NCBI RefSeq assembly: GCF_009914755.1
Contig: NC_060928.1
Source: the human T2T-CHM13v2.0 reference genome, Homo sapiens
Length of the DNA: 64,000 nt
Strand: one strand, 5' to 3'
Made by a program: the position numbers and the translations under genes. This document shows, one piece after another, positions 14,921-29,238 of this stretch (position 1 is its first letter; each line of letters starts with the position of its first letter). The notes below the pieces were generated by a model that ran no database searches, was not told the origin of the DNA, and saw only the letters and a list, made by a program, of their open reading frames with translations.

Positions 14921-17104
14921 CTTTGCAGCACCTAGGTTATAATTGGAGGTGTAAATTATTCTAGAAGAATAATTCAACAATTTTTAAAGATCAATAGTAT
15001 GCAGTGAACCAAAGATGACTTTCTGTTAGGCAGTGTTAGTATATATTTGCAGCATATTTCTTGAGACATGGCTTGCCAGCACTGAATAAGTATAGCTCTG
15101 TCAATTTGTAGTTTAGATGCCCTGTAGTTCAACAGGCCTGAACACTCACCTGACTAGGGCAGCTTGGCTGTGAAACCTTCATTCTCCCCACCCCCACCTC
15201 CAAGAGCTGTTATAAACACTGGAAAAAAATTGTGGACCATCTGTAGCTGCAGATGGGGATTTGTGGACGGTGTACAAGTTGCAGTCATGGAATCAGCAGA
15301 GATGCCCAAAATATGTCATCCAAATTGACCAGTCAGAATGGTGAGGAGAGCATTATCTTGTTCAGATACTGCGTCTCACAACCATGGTGAATGGGCCCCT
15401 CATGGGATCACAGGCTCATTGTCTTTCCTCATTCTCTGATAATACTACTGTTTTAACTTACAGCAGGCTGGACTTAGAGACTCAGGGACTGTTTGGCTGC
15501 ACGACTATGTGAAGCACTAGAAAATGCATTGCCATCGTCATTCTCTACCGTTTGATTTTTACTGTACAGCATAGGTTCTGAGAAAGTAATATTTTGACTT
15601 ATTTGAAAAGATGAGTACTGTGGATAAATGGATTCTGTTGATTTGGTGAAGTAAATTTATTTTTTTATTCATCATCCTTGAGTTTTTGTGCATTTTCTAG
15701 CATACATAATCTTGCCATATCAAACTTAAAATCACATTGAGGTTGATAGAGTAACCTGAATTTGCTGAGAAGGCTACAATTAAATAAGCAGTTAATAGTT
15801 TCAGACCATAAGGACCATTTAAGGAAACTCAGTTTATTATGAGGCCAACAGCCCCTTTCTCTCAGTTCTAGAATTTTTTAATTTCTAAGATGGCTTGGTT
15901 TGATAGGTTCAAATATTGCACTTGTTTAATATGCATTGCAATAATATTGCAACACAGGCCAGTCTGAGCCCATGAGTCAGGTAGATTGATCCCACACAGA
16001 ATACCAGTGTGGAAAAAGAAGCCCAGAGCACCATTGGTCTAAGGTTTTATTTGAGAACACTGGGCTTGAGGAAACTCTGAAGGAGTATTTTAACTTAGAG
16101 AAAGATGTGGGATGTTAGCAGGATGAGGCCAGTAGAAGTTGAGCCAGTTTCTGGAAGACTTGGTTAAGGATGATTCTTAAAGGAGGTAAAAATTGTTCTG
16201 TGAATGAACAACCATTATTGGGCAATTTGAATCTTTTAAGAGGGCTGGAAAAGAACAGAGACTAAGCCTATGTGTGAGAAGGGTAGGGAGAAACAGCTTG
16301 AGGGGACAAGGATATGCAAGGGCCACTGTGGAAAATTAGTTGTCTTTTGTGTCTTACACTAATGTATACAATTAAACAGTTTAATAGTGTTCTTTCAAGA
16401 AAGCAAAGTTAGGTTAATGAAGTACAGTTCCATGAGCTTTTGTGGACTGAAGGCATGTATATTCTCAGGTAAGTTCTGAACCAAGCATTTTAGGGCACAG
16501 TGGTTGCAGCCATCCTAGGTGGGAGAACTTACTCCCCACTTCTCTTGTCTCTAGGGAAGAACTTGATCAGATAAGCCCTACCAGCCTCTCTCTGCCCCTG
16601 GAGCAGGAGGAGAGCCTGGCCTGATGGTTAAGTTGGGAGGAGAAGTGAGCAGTGTGGCCCACTCCCTCTTAGGCCCACATAGAGAATGCAGCCCAGCCAG
16701 CTTTCCTACTCGGCGTGAACTTGGCAGCACAGCTTTGAGCTGTGCTGGTCCAGGTGCAGGTGCCCAGGTGCCTGAGTCGAATTCAGGGGAGTGTCAGCCA
16801 GCCTTGTGGCTGCAGACCTCACCCAGGTTTTCCAGTCCAACTTTATCACTAACACAATTGACATTTTGATCTCCATCTGTCTGAATTTTGTATGATTTTT
16901 TTCTATTAGTTGTAAATTCAGAAGGGGGACAGGGTGATTTCATTACTGACCTACCAAATCTCAACAGGCCTAAGAACTATTATAATAAATCTTAATTATG
17001 TAGCTAATACTACTGTTGGTACATGGAGACACACATTTTATGGGTGTGATCTGTGCAACTTTTAAAATTTCAAACTAAATAGTAATAATCATAATAATAA
17101 TTAC

Positions 17105-17282
17105 TGTTAGTAATTAAACACTTATTATGTGCCAGGTTATGACCTAAGCACTTTATGTACATTGTCTCAGTTCCTACCATAAATCTACTAGATATATACG
17201 ATAATCCTGTTTTTTTCAGGTAAAAAGGAAGAGGTTTAGACAGGTTGAGTGGCTTGTTCAGGGTCACACTGTTAATAAGTAG
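17105..17282 (-). mobile_element. MIR
   Basis: cacttattatgtgccagg...ctaagcacttt...ggttgagtggcttgttcagggtcacac. Confidence 0.75.
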
Positions 17283-17626
17283 CCATAAATACCCTACAGT
17301 TTCTCATACACTTGACCTGTGCATCTGTCTTTTTAGGCTGGGCTGACCCACACTGTCAGTGTTCCCTGGTGACTTATAAAAATGAAGGCTCCAGGACACT
17401 GCCTTACAACAGCATCCAACTTCCTTTTGATTCCTTTGCGCTTGCTTCCCTTCTTCTCTGGTTTCCTACCTGGACTTGGATAGATGTCTCTCATCCCACT
17501 CTGTTTTGATGATCCTCTGAACTCTGCATATTTCTTTTTACACTTTAGCTTTGCTATGCAGCATTTTACCTTGCTTATTTCCTTGGCTTTGTAGTCCAAG
17601 TTACCTTGGTTATAAATATCAGCTAC

Positions 17627-18050
17627 TGTCCTAATATGTTTTGTGCAGCTATAATAGAGCATCTGAGACTGGGTAATTTATAAAAAAACAGAAACTTACT
17701 GGCTCACAGTTTTTGAGGCTGGGAAGTCCAGTGTCAAGGTGATGGCATCTGGTGAGTGAGGGTCTTCTTTCACTGTCATCCCATGGAAGAAGATAACACA
17801 TGGCAGAAGGGCAAAGAGAGAGAGAGAGAGAGATGGACAGGCAGACCGGCAGACAGACAAAATGGGCTGAGCTTGTCTTTTATAAGGAACTCTCTCCTGC
17901 AGTAATGAACCCACTCCCTTGACAATGGCATTAGTGCATTCACTGTGCCCTGATGGCCTACTCACCTCTTTTTAGGTGTCATCTCTCAGTGCTGTTGCAT
18001 GTGGGATTACGCTTCTAACATGTTTTGGGGGACACACTCAAACCATAGCA
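17627..18050 (-). mobile_element. MST-family (MaLR) solo LTR
   Basis: TG...CA termini, ctgggtaatttataaa, ggctgggaagtcca, gggggacacactcaaaccatagca; 5-bp TSD gctac/gctgc. Confidence 0.85.
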
Positions 18051-18649
18051 GCTGCAATTTTGGATCCTCAGAACTTAATCTCTCTCTCTTTCTTCCTAGG
18101 AGAGAAATGCAATTCAAAGGTTTGTAGACAGTAAATTCACATATGCAGTGTTCAAAGTAACTATGTGATTCTCTAGTCAGAGAATAATTACTCCTCTGAG
18201 ATGGCCTTTTGAAATTTGCTTTATTTACAAAGCAATAACTTTTTGTCTTTTGGAGAAAAAGGCCTAGCAGATGATCGTACACTGCTGTTGGTGCATAGGT
18301 CGGAGTAGTCAAGGTGAGGCTAGGATATCTGTACCCAGAGTTAAATCAGGGAGAATGTGGAGGGCACCAAAAACGAGTCAGGATGTAAGCACATTAGTCA
18401 CTGTGTTGGTGAGTCCCACATAGAAATCAGTTTCACATGGGTAAACATCAGGACAAAGCTTGGGAAAGTGTGCAGTTAAAGACAGCAGATATACATGAAG
18501 AGGAAGATTTTGAAAGGGGGAAGAGTCTCAAGAGCTCTTTTGAAATCTGGGACCTATTCTGTCTTGAAGGCACAGCCCTCTCAATATGCAGTCTGACAAC
18601 CATCTCCTAGCTATCAGGACTCACTGTTAATTTTAATCCATTTTGCTCA

Positions 18650-21290
<2,641 letters not shown>

Positions 21291-21837
21291 TTTTAGTCTC
21301 CTTAGTAATGGAAAGTAATATTTACTCTTTGATTAAAGCTTTAATGTTTTCTGTGTTTTAACATGAACAAAAGATTTCTAATCTCACTATCAGTTCATGC
21401 ATTTTCAAAAAGATCAGTGGATTAGTCAGCTTCCTTTATTGCCTAGGGATAGTTGAGGTGGTGTTTTTCATTTAAATACATTGAACATTCTCATTCCAAC
21501 AGGCAAGACTCCTTTCAAATATGAGACAAACTAAAAACTGATATGAATAAATGTTATGTTTTATTATGATAAGACAATGATTATTAAGTATGTATTGATT
21601 CCACCATGGGTTCTTGTGTAATAGTACTTAATCATAAAGCATGCTTCTTGCCCTTTTGGCTATCAATCTTAAATAGGCACATCTGCCATGGAAACTGACA
21701 ATGAAGATTTATCAACAAGCAGATAGAAAGGCATATAGCAGGGCCATATTTCTCTCTACGTATGCTCCCAACCTCTGAAAGGCCAGCCTTGCCCCAACGT
21801 TCAAATGTGTTTCTGAACAACAGACAGCATCACATGC

Positions 21838-22030
21838 AGTATTCTGGTAAATGTTAAACAACTGGCTCTCTGAGAGAACAAAACAAAATGTTAAACAAGT
21901 CTTTATTTGTAGCATTTGCCAATTTCAGTGGTATCACTATTTCCACATTGGCCAATTTCAAGCTTCCAGTCTGACTTCATTGACCACAGAGCTGGGAAAA
22001 GATGTTTAGCCAGCTTCAACCATGCACAAT
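21838..22030. mobile_element. MER63-like hAT DNA transposon relic
   Basis: ctggtaaatgttaaacaactggctctc; gccaatttc...ggccaatttcaagct...gagctgggaaaagatg; a similar copy lies at 43680-43900. Confidence 0.55.
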
Positions 22031-22268
22031 GGTATCTTGTAAGAGAGGTTAGACTTTGTTATATTTTTGACCAAAAAAAAAATTTTGCCATATTTGCTAT
22101 CAGATATGTTGGCAGTGGTCCCAGACAGGAGGAAGGTACTTCTAAGAAAGAACTGCATTCAAGGAGGACACCAGTTGTGGAAGGAGGAAAGGTTGAAAAA
22201 GGGGAGATTAATTATAGGCATTGAGAGGCAGCGGGGATAGATACTATTATCCTTTTCCTTAATTTTTT

Positions 22269-22493
22269 TCATAGTGCCTTGCATTGCACGAGCGGGCGGG
22301 CGTTGATGTTTCTCAACAGACTGGCCCTTGCCTGCCACTGCTTGGTGAACTGGCTGAGCATAAGGCGGCTGGCCGGGCTGCTGTGCTGCACAGGTGCTGC
22401 TGCTGCTGTCGAGACCCACTCTCTGGGTGCTCCATGTAGTGCTGGAACCTGGGGCGTTTTGTCCAACTGCTCTTTGGTAACAAGTGTCCAGAC
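22269..22493 (-). pseudogene. NIBAN-like relic, putative terminal coding exon (VWTLVTKEQLDKTPQVPALHGAPREW...VQCKAL*)
   Basis: Weak acceptor ctgatttttgag|GTC; 74 open codons plus TGA; phase 0 matches the previous exon; spacing from HKL to GAPREW matches NIBAN2 HNL to GAPIDW. Confidence 0.55.
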
Positions 22494-22896
22494 CTCAAAA
22501 ATCAGTGTCAGTGTTTGGCATCTTCAGGTTTTGTTTTTCAAAATCCCAGGTTACCTACCTGTCATTCTCAATCGGACATTCACATTTAGCATATTAAGAT
22601 TCTGAACCATGGGAACAATTATAAAACTTCTCAAGCCAGTCCACATCCCCCTAACACAGAGCAAAGAAAAAATGCTTTCAACTTAAGAGAGTTCAGGAAA
22701 TATTTTTTAATTCTTATTTTTAAGTTAAAAATCGAAAAGGCTTTGATTTTAAGTCTACTGAGTAGACAGTTTGAAGAACTGAATGGCTTTTTAAAGTGAG
22801 GCTGGTTTAAGATAATATTAGAACTTTGCATTTGTATTCTTCAAACACCAATCCACATAGAATTTTACTTCAGTTATCTGGCTACATGAATGTTTT

Positions 22897-23035
22897 AAAA
22901 ACAAAGGATAAGTGCTTGAGGGGATGGATACCCCTTTCTCATCATGATTATTTCACATTGCATGTCTGTATCAAAATATCTCATGAATCACACAAATATA
23001 TACAACTACTATGTACCCACAAAAATTAAAAAAAA
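22897..23035 (+). mobile_element. L1MA 3' terminal fragment
   Basis: aaaggataagtgcttgaggggatggatacccc ... tgtacccacaaaaattaaaaaaa. Confidence 0.85.
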
Positions 23036-23449
23036 TTCCTGTAAGACTTTTTTGTCAGTGTAATTTCACATATACAAAAATAATAGACAGAAAAAATTAT
23101 TTGCTTTGTTCAAAGATTCTTTGTGCCTGAATAGTCTATATACTAAACTGTTACATTCCTTTTACAGCCTAAATTTCACTAGATCTGAGTTCTTGCCTGT
23201 TCAAGGATTATGTGCTGAGCCATGAGTGTCTGTAGAAATATGAATCTCTGTGTGTTTAACTGTACTAAATAGATGTAAAATATAAATATTCACAGGGGCC
23301 ACAGTTAAGAATTGATCAAAAAATACACTGTGTGTTTTTTGAATGTGTGTTATTTTCTCTCTGCTTCCCCTCTTACTCCTCGTGTCCCTCTCTTTCCTTT
23401 CTGCTCTTTATCCCCACACCTCTCACCCTTAACCACTGGTCCTGCCCTG

Positions 23450-23900
23450 CCCAATAAAGCCTCTGCACCTTCCTGCTTGTAATTTGTCGCTAATCAGCTG
23501 TCACTGTCATCGCCATGATGAGAGGTTCATCTCTGGCTGAGGGTAATGGCCTTAAAAGTCACACAGTCAATGTCAATGGGATCGCTCCAATTCAATCACT
23601 GAGCTGAATGAGGGATGGCACCTGCTGACATTAGCACTCATTTTGAGCTCAAGCATCTGGGCCCCAGTAAATAACCATCAGTGGGTGGGTCTGGGGGACA
23701 GGTCATTAGCCCCACGAAAAATAAATATCGCTTCCCTTGATGGCTGCAAGTAATTTAGCTCAGATGAGGAAATTTCACCCTAGATTAAGTATGATGAGCC
23801 AATATCAGTCAGAGGAGGCCAAACAGTGAGAGCTTGATGAGATAGAGGGAAATTTATATTCAGCTGGCTGCATGTGAGATGAGCTCAAAGAAACGACATA
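23450..23900. promoter_or_regulatory. Candidate conserved enhancer-like element
   Basis: Repeat-free, balanced GC; clustered TAAT/ATTA, TGACA/TGTCA and CAGCTG/CACCTG motifs. Conservation cannot be tested here. Confidence 0.4.
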
Positions 23901-25059
23901 CCCTTCTGGCCCATCTTCATGTGCACACTCAATGGTGGGCTTATCTCATTGCTTGCCTCTTCTTCTTGTTTAATATGTTTTGGGGAGGAGGGGGTTTTGA
24001 AGACTCCGCTTTGGGAAACTGAAGGCTAGATTTTGGAAGGATGAAAAAGGAGGAATGAAAAAGGAGGGCAGGGTTTAAATTTTTCTCCACGTTGCTTTTG
24101 TGACTTTGTCCTCTAGCATGTAATGTCCTAGCTTAGCCCTTTTGCCAGAACTTGGCTGGTGGAAGGGGTTTGCCTTGCCCGCAGGCTCTCACTTCCAGAC
24201 CTCCCTTCCTGACAAAGCAGACCCAGCTTTAATTGTTTTGGAGGCCCTGGAGGCTCCTTTCCCACTTGTAAATGGGATGAAAGTGACAGGTTAGGTAGGC
24301 TGGATCACTCCTTTTTGATTTTTAGGAAGGAAGAACCACCACATTTCATTCACAAGAACATCATTTTATTTGTCCCACTGATGTGATCCATCAAATCCAG
24401 ACGGGTTATTAATAGAAGGTCTCTATTAGAAGCAGTTTAGCTCACTTTAGAATCATATTTTATATCTGTAGGGACCTGCCCTCGGTCCACCCTCTCCCTC
24501 ATTGAACTAGATGTCTCTCAAAGCTGAGTGGACCAGCTTCTCAAGCAGTTTCTTAATATAGATATTGTTTCTCGTGCTGCCTCCTTTCATAATAGACTGT
24601 GGTGAGGGTTTCAGTAGGGCATATACTATCTGCCATTAAAATATTTTGTAAGTCATATGTGCATCTGATAATTAGCCAAAAACTTTACAGTATTTTTTAA
24701 AAGCAAGGTTTTGTTACCTGACTGGCATATCCAAATTTTGTTTTTATGATTTTCAGACCAATTTTATTACAGAGAAATGGGTCACAGCAGCAACAGTCAT
24801 GGTAAAGAATGCATGCATGTAGGGTAAAAGGGCATCTTGGCAGAGGCATGCACTGGTGCAGCTGGAGAGCTCTCACCTGGGAGAGAGGATCAGTCAAGGT
24901 CTCTGTGAAACCTCTCACCTGTGTAAGAGTTCAATAGATATTTCTGGATTGAATTCATAAAGACCTGCTGTGATAACTAAATGCATCACATATATGAACT
25001 CACGGCACCTTGTTTACTTTATTAAGAACAATGATTACAATTGTAAATATAGAAATATT

Positions 25060-25330
25060 AAGTAATCATTTGTTCCTGACCTACAGTGAGTGCTCCACAA
25101 ATATTTGATGAGTGACTGTTAAACAAATATTTGCTTTAAGTCTCCTAGACTGTAAATTTTAGAGGGATAGAGAGACTGAGTCTGTGTCCAAGTGCTGTAT
25201 TCCTGGCACCAACTTAGGAGATGCCGCATAATAAGTGCTCAATAAATATTTGACAAATGAATAAGTAAAAATTTTTGCTGTGTACTTTTATATGTCAGGC
25301 ACTATGTGAGGGTCTAAAAAGTATGGTCTA
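25060..25330. mobile_element. L2 3'-end fragments
   Basis: ctagactgtaaat...agtgctcaataaatatttgacaaatgaat. Confidence 0.6.
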
Positions 25331-27344
25331 TGCAAGATGGACTTTATTATTTGGCTGAAGAAAAAAAGATATCCACATACATGACAGTTAAGAAAGTAAG
25401 CTTGTGAAAGAGATACCCATTTTTATATTATAATCTGGTTGCTTCTGTGTTTACCAAAATGTAAAAGGAATTAAAGAAGAGAGTACCATTGTAAAACTAA
25501 GGCCCTTGAAGAATTCCTGTAGGAAAGAAAATGTGTTCCTGGATCTATGGGAATCTGTGTACAATGATTTTGTTTGGCTCTTACTAGGTAAATGTCGCCA
25601 TGATATGTTCTTGTGGAATACACAAGACAGTTAAAGCTCTTCTGCCCCTTTAGTTAGTAGATGTTTGTCAAAATGGAGATTCACAATTTTGTGATATATG
25701 TAGAGAAGGTATTTTATCCATTGTACAGATGACAGAGGTAGAGGAGATAAAGAGACTTGGTCAACATACCAGACAAAGCTGAAAATAGAGCCCAAGTCTT
25801 TATCTACTAAACAGGTAAGGGAATAGAGAGCGACACAAGTGTTAAATCAGTCAAGTCTAATTTAAATACAATATCATCATTGTTGTCATTAAAGGTATCC
25901 ACACAGATAGAAACGTGATATCGCATTTACAAAATAATTATTGTATTATGGATTTTTATTATAGATACTTTTGTGTGCTTCTATCAAGAAAAAATACTAA
26001 TCTGCCAATATGTTCTGGAACCATAGAGGATAAAGTTTTCCGAGTCAGGTTATTTGAAGATACTAGCTGTGCTTCCAGCAGGCAAAGTGAAGAGGCGATC
26101 AAAACAATTATCCCCATACTCTCTATTTCAATAATCTGAAGTCAAAGAAAATTTCTTTTCTACCAGGATTTTTGGTCTGAGCAGATTATATTAATCAGAA
26201 TATTTATATTTTTATTTTTGAAGGAAACTAGGTGACTCAGATTCTATACTTTCAATTTTTGGAAGAAATGAATCCAGAATAATTTGCATAACTGGTATTT
26301 ATAAAATGTAGAATTGAATATTTCTATAAATTAATAAAAATCATTTCATGCTAATTTTGGGAATTAAATTATTTTCTTGTTATTAGAGTATGTCCATGGT
26401 AAAATTTCTGATAAATCATATTTATCTTGAAAGTGTTTATGTTATTCTAATATTTTAGAAGATGTATACATGCAGATATAGATGCTTCATATATCAAAGT
26501 GGAAGTTGTTTCAGAATCAAATGGTGCTGTTTGTGTGACTAGCAGGTTGTTGGTTTTCTCTGATTCCTCCCCCCATTCTAAAAAATTATAGTCCAGTTTT
26601 TACTGTCTTTCCGTGTACCATGTCTTGATGTGAAATCTACAGGGGCCCAGGGATTTAATTTCTTATATATTTGTTTGTCTTTTAATACTTAACTGTAATC
26701 ACATGATTTAGCCTCACTTGGTAATTCAAAAGTGATTTTTCTTATTTGGTTGTCTCCTTTTGAGAAGGTTTTGTTGCTAAAGATAAGAGGTACCAGAGCC
26801 AAGGGTTTAAGTCTGCTGATAGATATAGATGCAACATTGGTAACTCAGATTTGGTCACTTTGGTATATGGGCCAGTGTTACAGCTTAAGAGTCTTATGCT
26901 GCTTAGAGTCATTTGAATGAATTGAGGCCAGGTATTAAGTGTGTGTGAATGTGTGTGAGTATGTCTGGTAAACAGATGAAAGAAATGGAGGATTAATTGG
27001 CTTAAAGTTTTTTTTTATCATTTTTTACTAACTCTTTGTCACCACATTAAGGTGTTGACTTTCACTTGAGAAAGAAAGAAAAATTTTGGCAAGGGGTCAG
27101 GGAGAAACCAAGAATGAGAAGAAAAAAGTAGATGAATCAAAAAGGAAATAAGAGGAAGTATATATATTCTTCCAAGGAAATAAATATTTATCTTTCCAAG
27201 ATAAATATTATTAATCAGAAATTTTACATATATATTTTACATCTATAAGTATAAATATATGATAAATAGAACAATGACAAACTAAGCTTGTATAAAGGCT
27301 CCTGTAGTGGGTGGGAGTTCTATATTCTAGAGGTCAAGAAGCAA

Positions 27345-27535
27345 AGTGCTGATAACTTATGTACATTATTCTATCTAATCTTCACAATAATAATCTTATT
27401 CCAATATTACACATGAGCAAACTGAGGCTCAAAGAAGTTAAGTAAATTGTCCAAGCGCATGTAGTTAATAAAAGGCTGAGTCATACTTGGAACCCAGGTC
27501 TCTGATCACAGAGTCCTCTGCTTTTAACCACTGCA
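27345..27535 (-). mobile_element. MIR
   Basis: aaactgaggctcaaagaagttaagtaaattgtccaag...gaacccaggtctctga. Confidence 0.8.
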
Positions 27536-27620
27536 TTTAATGAATGTTTGTTCAGTTGGAATGAATGTCTAGAAATGCAGATTTTGTTTTAGGCTTTTGG
27601 TTTATGTGACCGCATATATA

Positions 27621-27978
<358 letters not shown>

Positions 27979-28611
27979 TCATCATGGAAAGGAGGAGGTT
28001 TTGCTGAAAAAGTAGGAGGCTGCAGTGTATTTTGAGTTTGGCAGAGAAGTTGGTGTAAACTTGTAATATTAAACCATATGAAACGACACCACCATGGAAG
28101 AGGTGAACACTTCTTCCTTTAGTCTTTGATAATAAGATTATTCTGTCTTCCTTATCTTTGAAGAAATTCACACAGCCTAAAAATAAAGGATGAGAATGAA
28201 ATAGACCTGTATTTCTCAGAACTTAGTAAAATGTGGCTACCTCTAAGTTATTTAGTATTTTTGGATTATCCATACTTCACGGGCTCTTTTTTAACTCTTG
28301 TTCTGAATTTCAGATGTCACTTTCATTTCTTATTGGTCAGCACAGAAGAAGGAGTAACATTTGGCTTAGCTAGTTGTTAGCAGGTATTAGTAGGAGAAGG
28401 TAACGTTAACATTACATGGTTAAATGAGGTTTAGGGATGATTCCATTTTTTTTCTTTCCTTTTTGCATGGGTACCTGAGAAATCTTGATTATGCAAGTTT
28501 GAAAATAAGCATTACATATTTGGTTTTTTGAAATAGAAAATAAAATGGGAAAATTTCATTTATAGTAGCAAAATTATAGAAAATATCTGGTAATCATTTT
28601 ATTTTTAATTT

Positions 28612-29150
28612 GTTTATTTTTTAATAATTTCAACTTTTATTTTAGATTCAGGGAGTACATGTGTGGGTTTGTTACATGGGTATATTACATGATATTGAGG
28701 TTTGGAGTATGAATGATGCCATCACCCAGGTAGTGAGCATGGTACCCAATAGGTAGTTTTTCAGCCCTTCCCCTCCTCCCTCTCTCCTGCCTGTAGTAGT
28801 CCCCAGTGTCTGTTCTTCCCATCTTTATGCCCATGTGTACCCAATGTGTAGCTCCCACTTAAAAGTGAGAACATACAGTATTTGGTTTTCTGTTCCTGCA
28901 TTAATTCACTTAGGATAATGGCCTCCAGCTGCATCCATGTTGTTGCAAAAGGCATGATTTCATTCTTTTTTATGGCTGCATAGTAATCCATGGTGTATAT
29001 GTATCATCTTTTCTTTATCCAATCCACCATTGATGGGCATTTCGATTGATTCCATGTCTTTGCTATTATGAATAGTGGTGTGACGAACATATGAATGCAT
29101 GAGTCTTTCTGGTAGAATGATTTATTTTCCTTTGGGTAAATAGTATTGGG
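28612..29150 (-). mobile_element. L1PB/old L1PA 3' end
   Basis: ORF 28761-28991 is the L1 ORF2 C-terminus (YYAAIKKNEIMPFATTWMQLE), followed by 3'UTR. Confidence 0.9.
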
Positions 29151-29192
29151 ATAAGCACTACATATTAGTCAACATTTGTAAGTACACACATG

Positions 29193-29195
<3 letters not shown>

Positions 29196-29236
<41 letters not shown>
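29196..29236. repeat. (CA)n microsatellite, about 20 units
   Basis: Direct reading. Confidence 0.98.

Positions 29237-29238
<2 letters not shown>

Noticed and set aside
15940-16350. Possible ancient LTR fragment
   Set aside because: Family and termini could not be established by eye
27183-27209. Hairpin aatatttatctt-tcc-aagataaatatt
   Set aside because: 12-bp AT-rich stem, expected by chance in this composition
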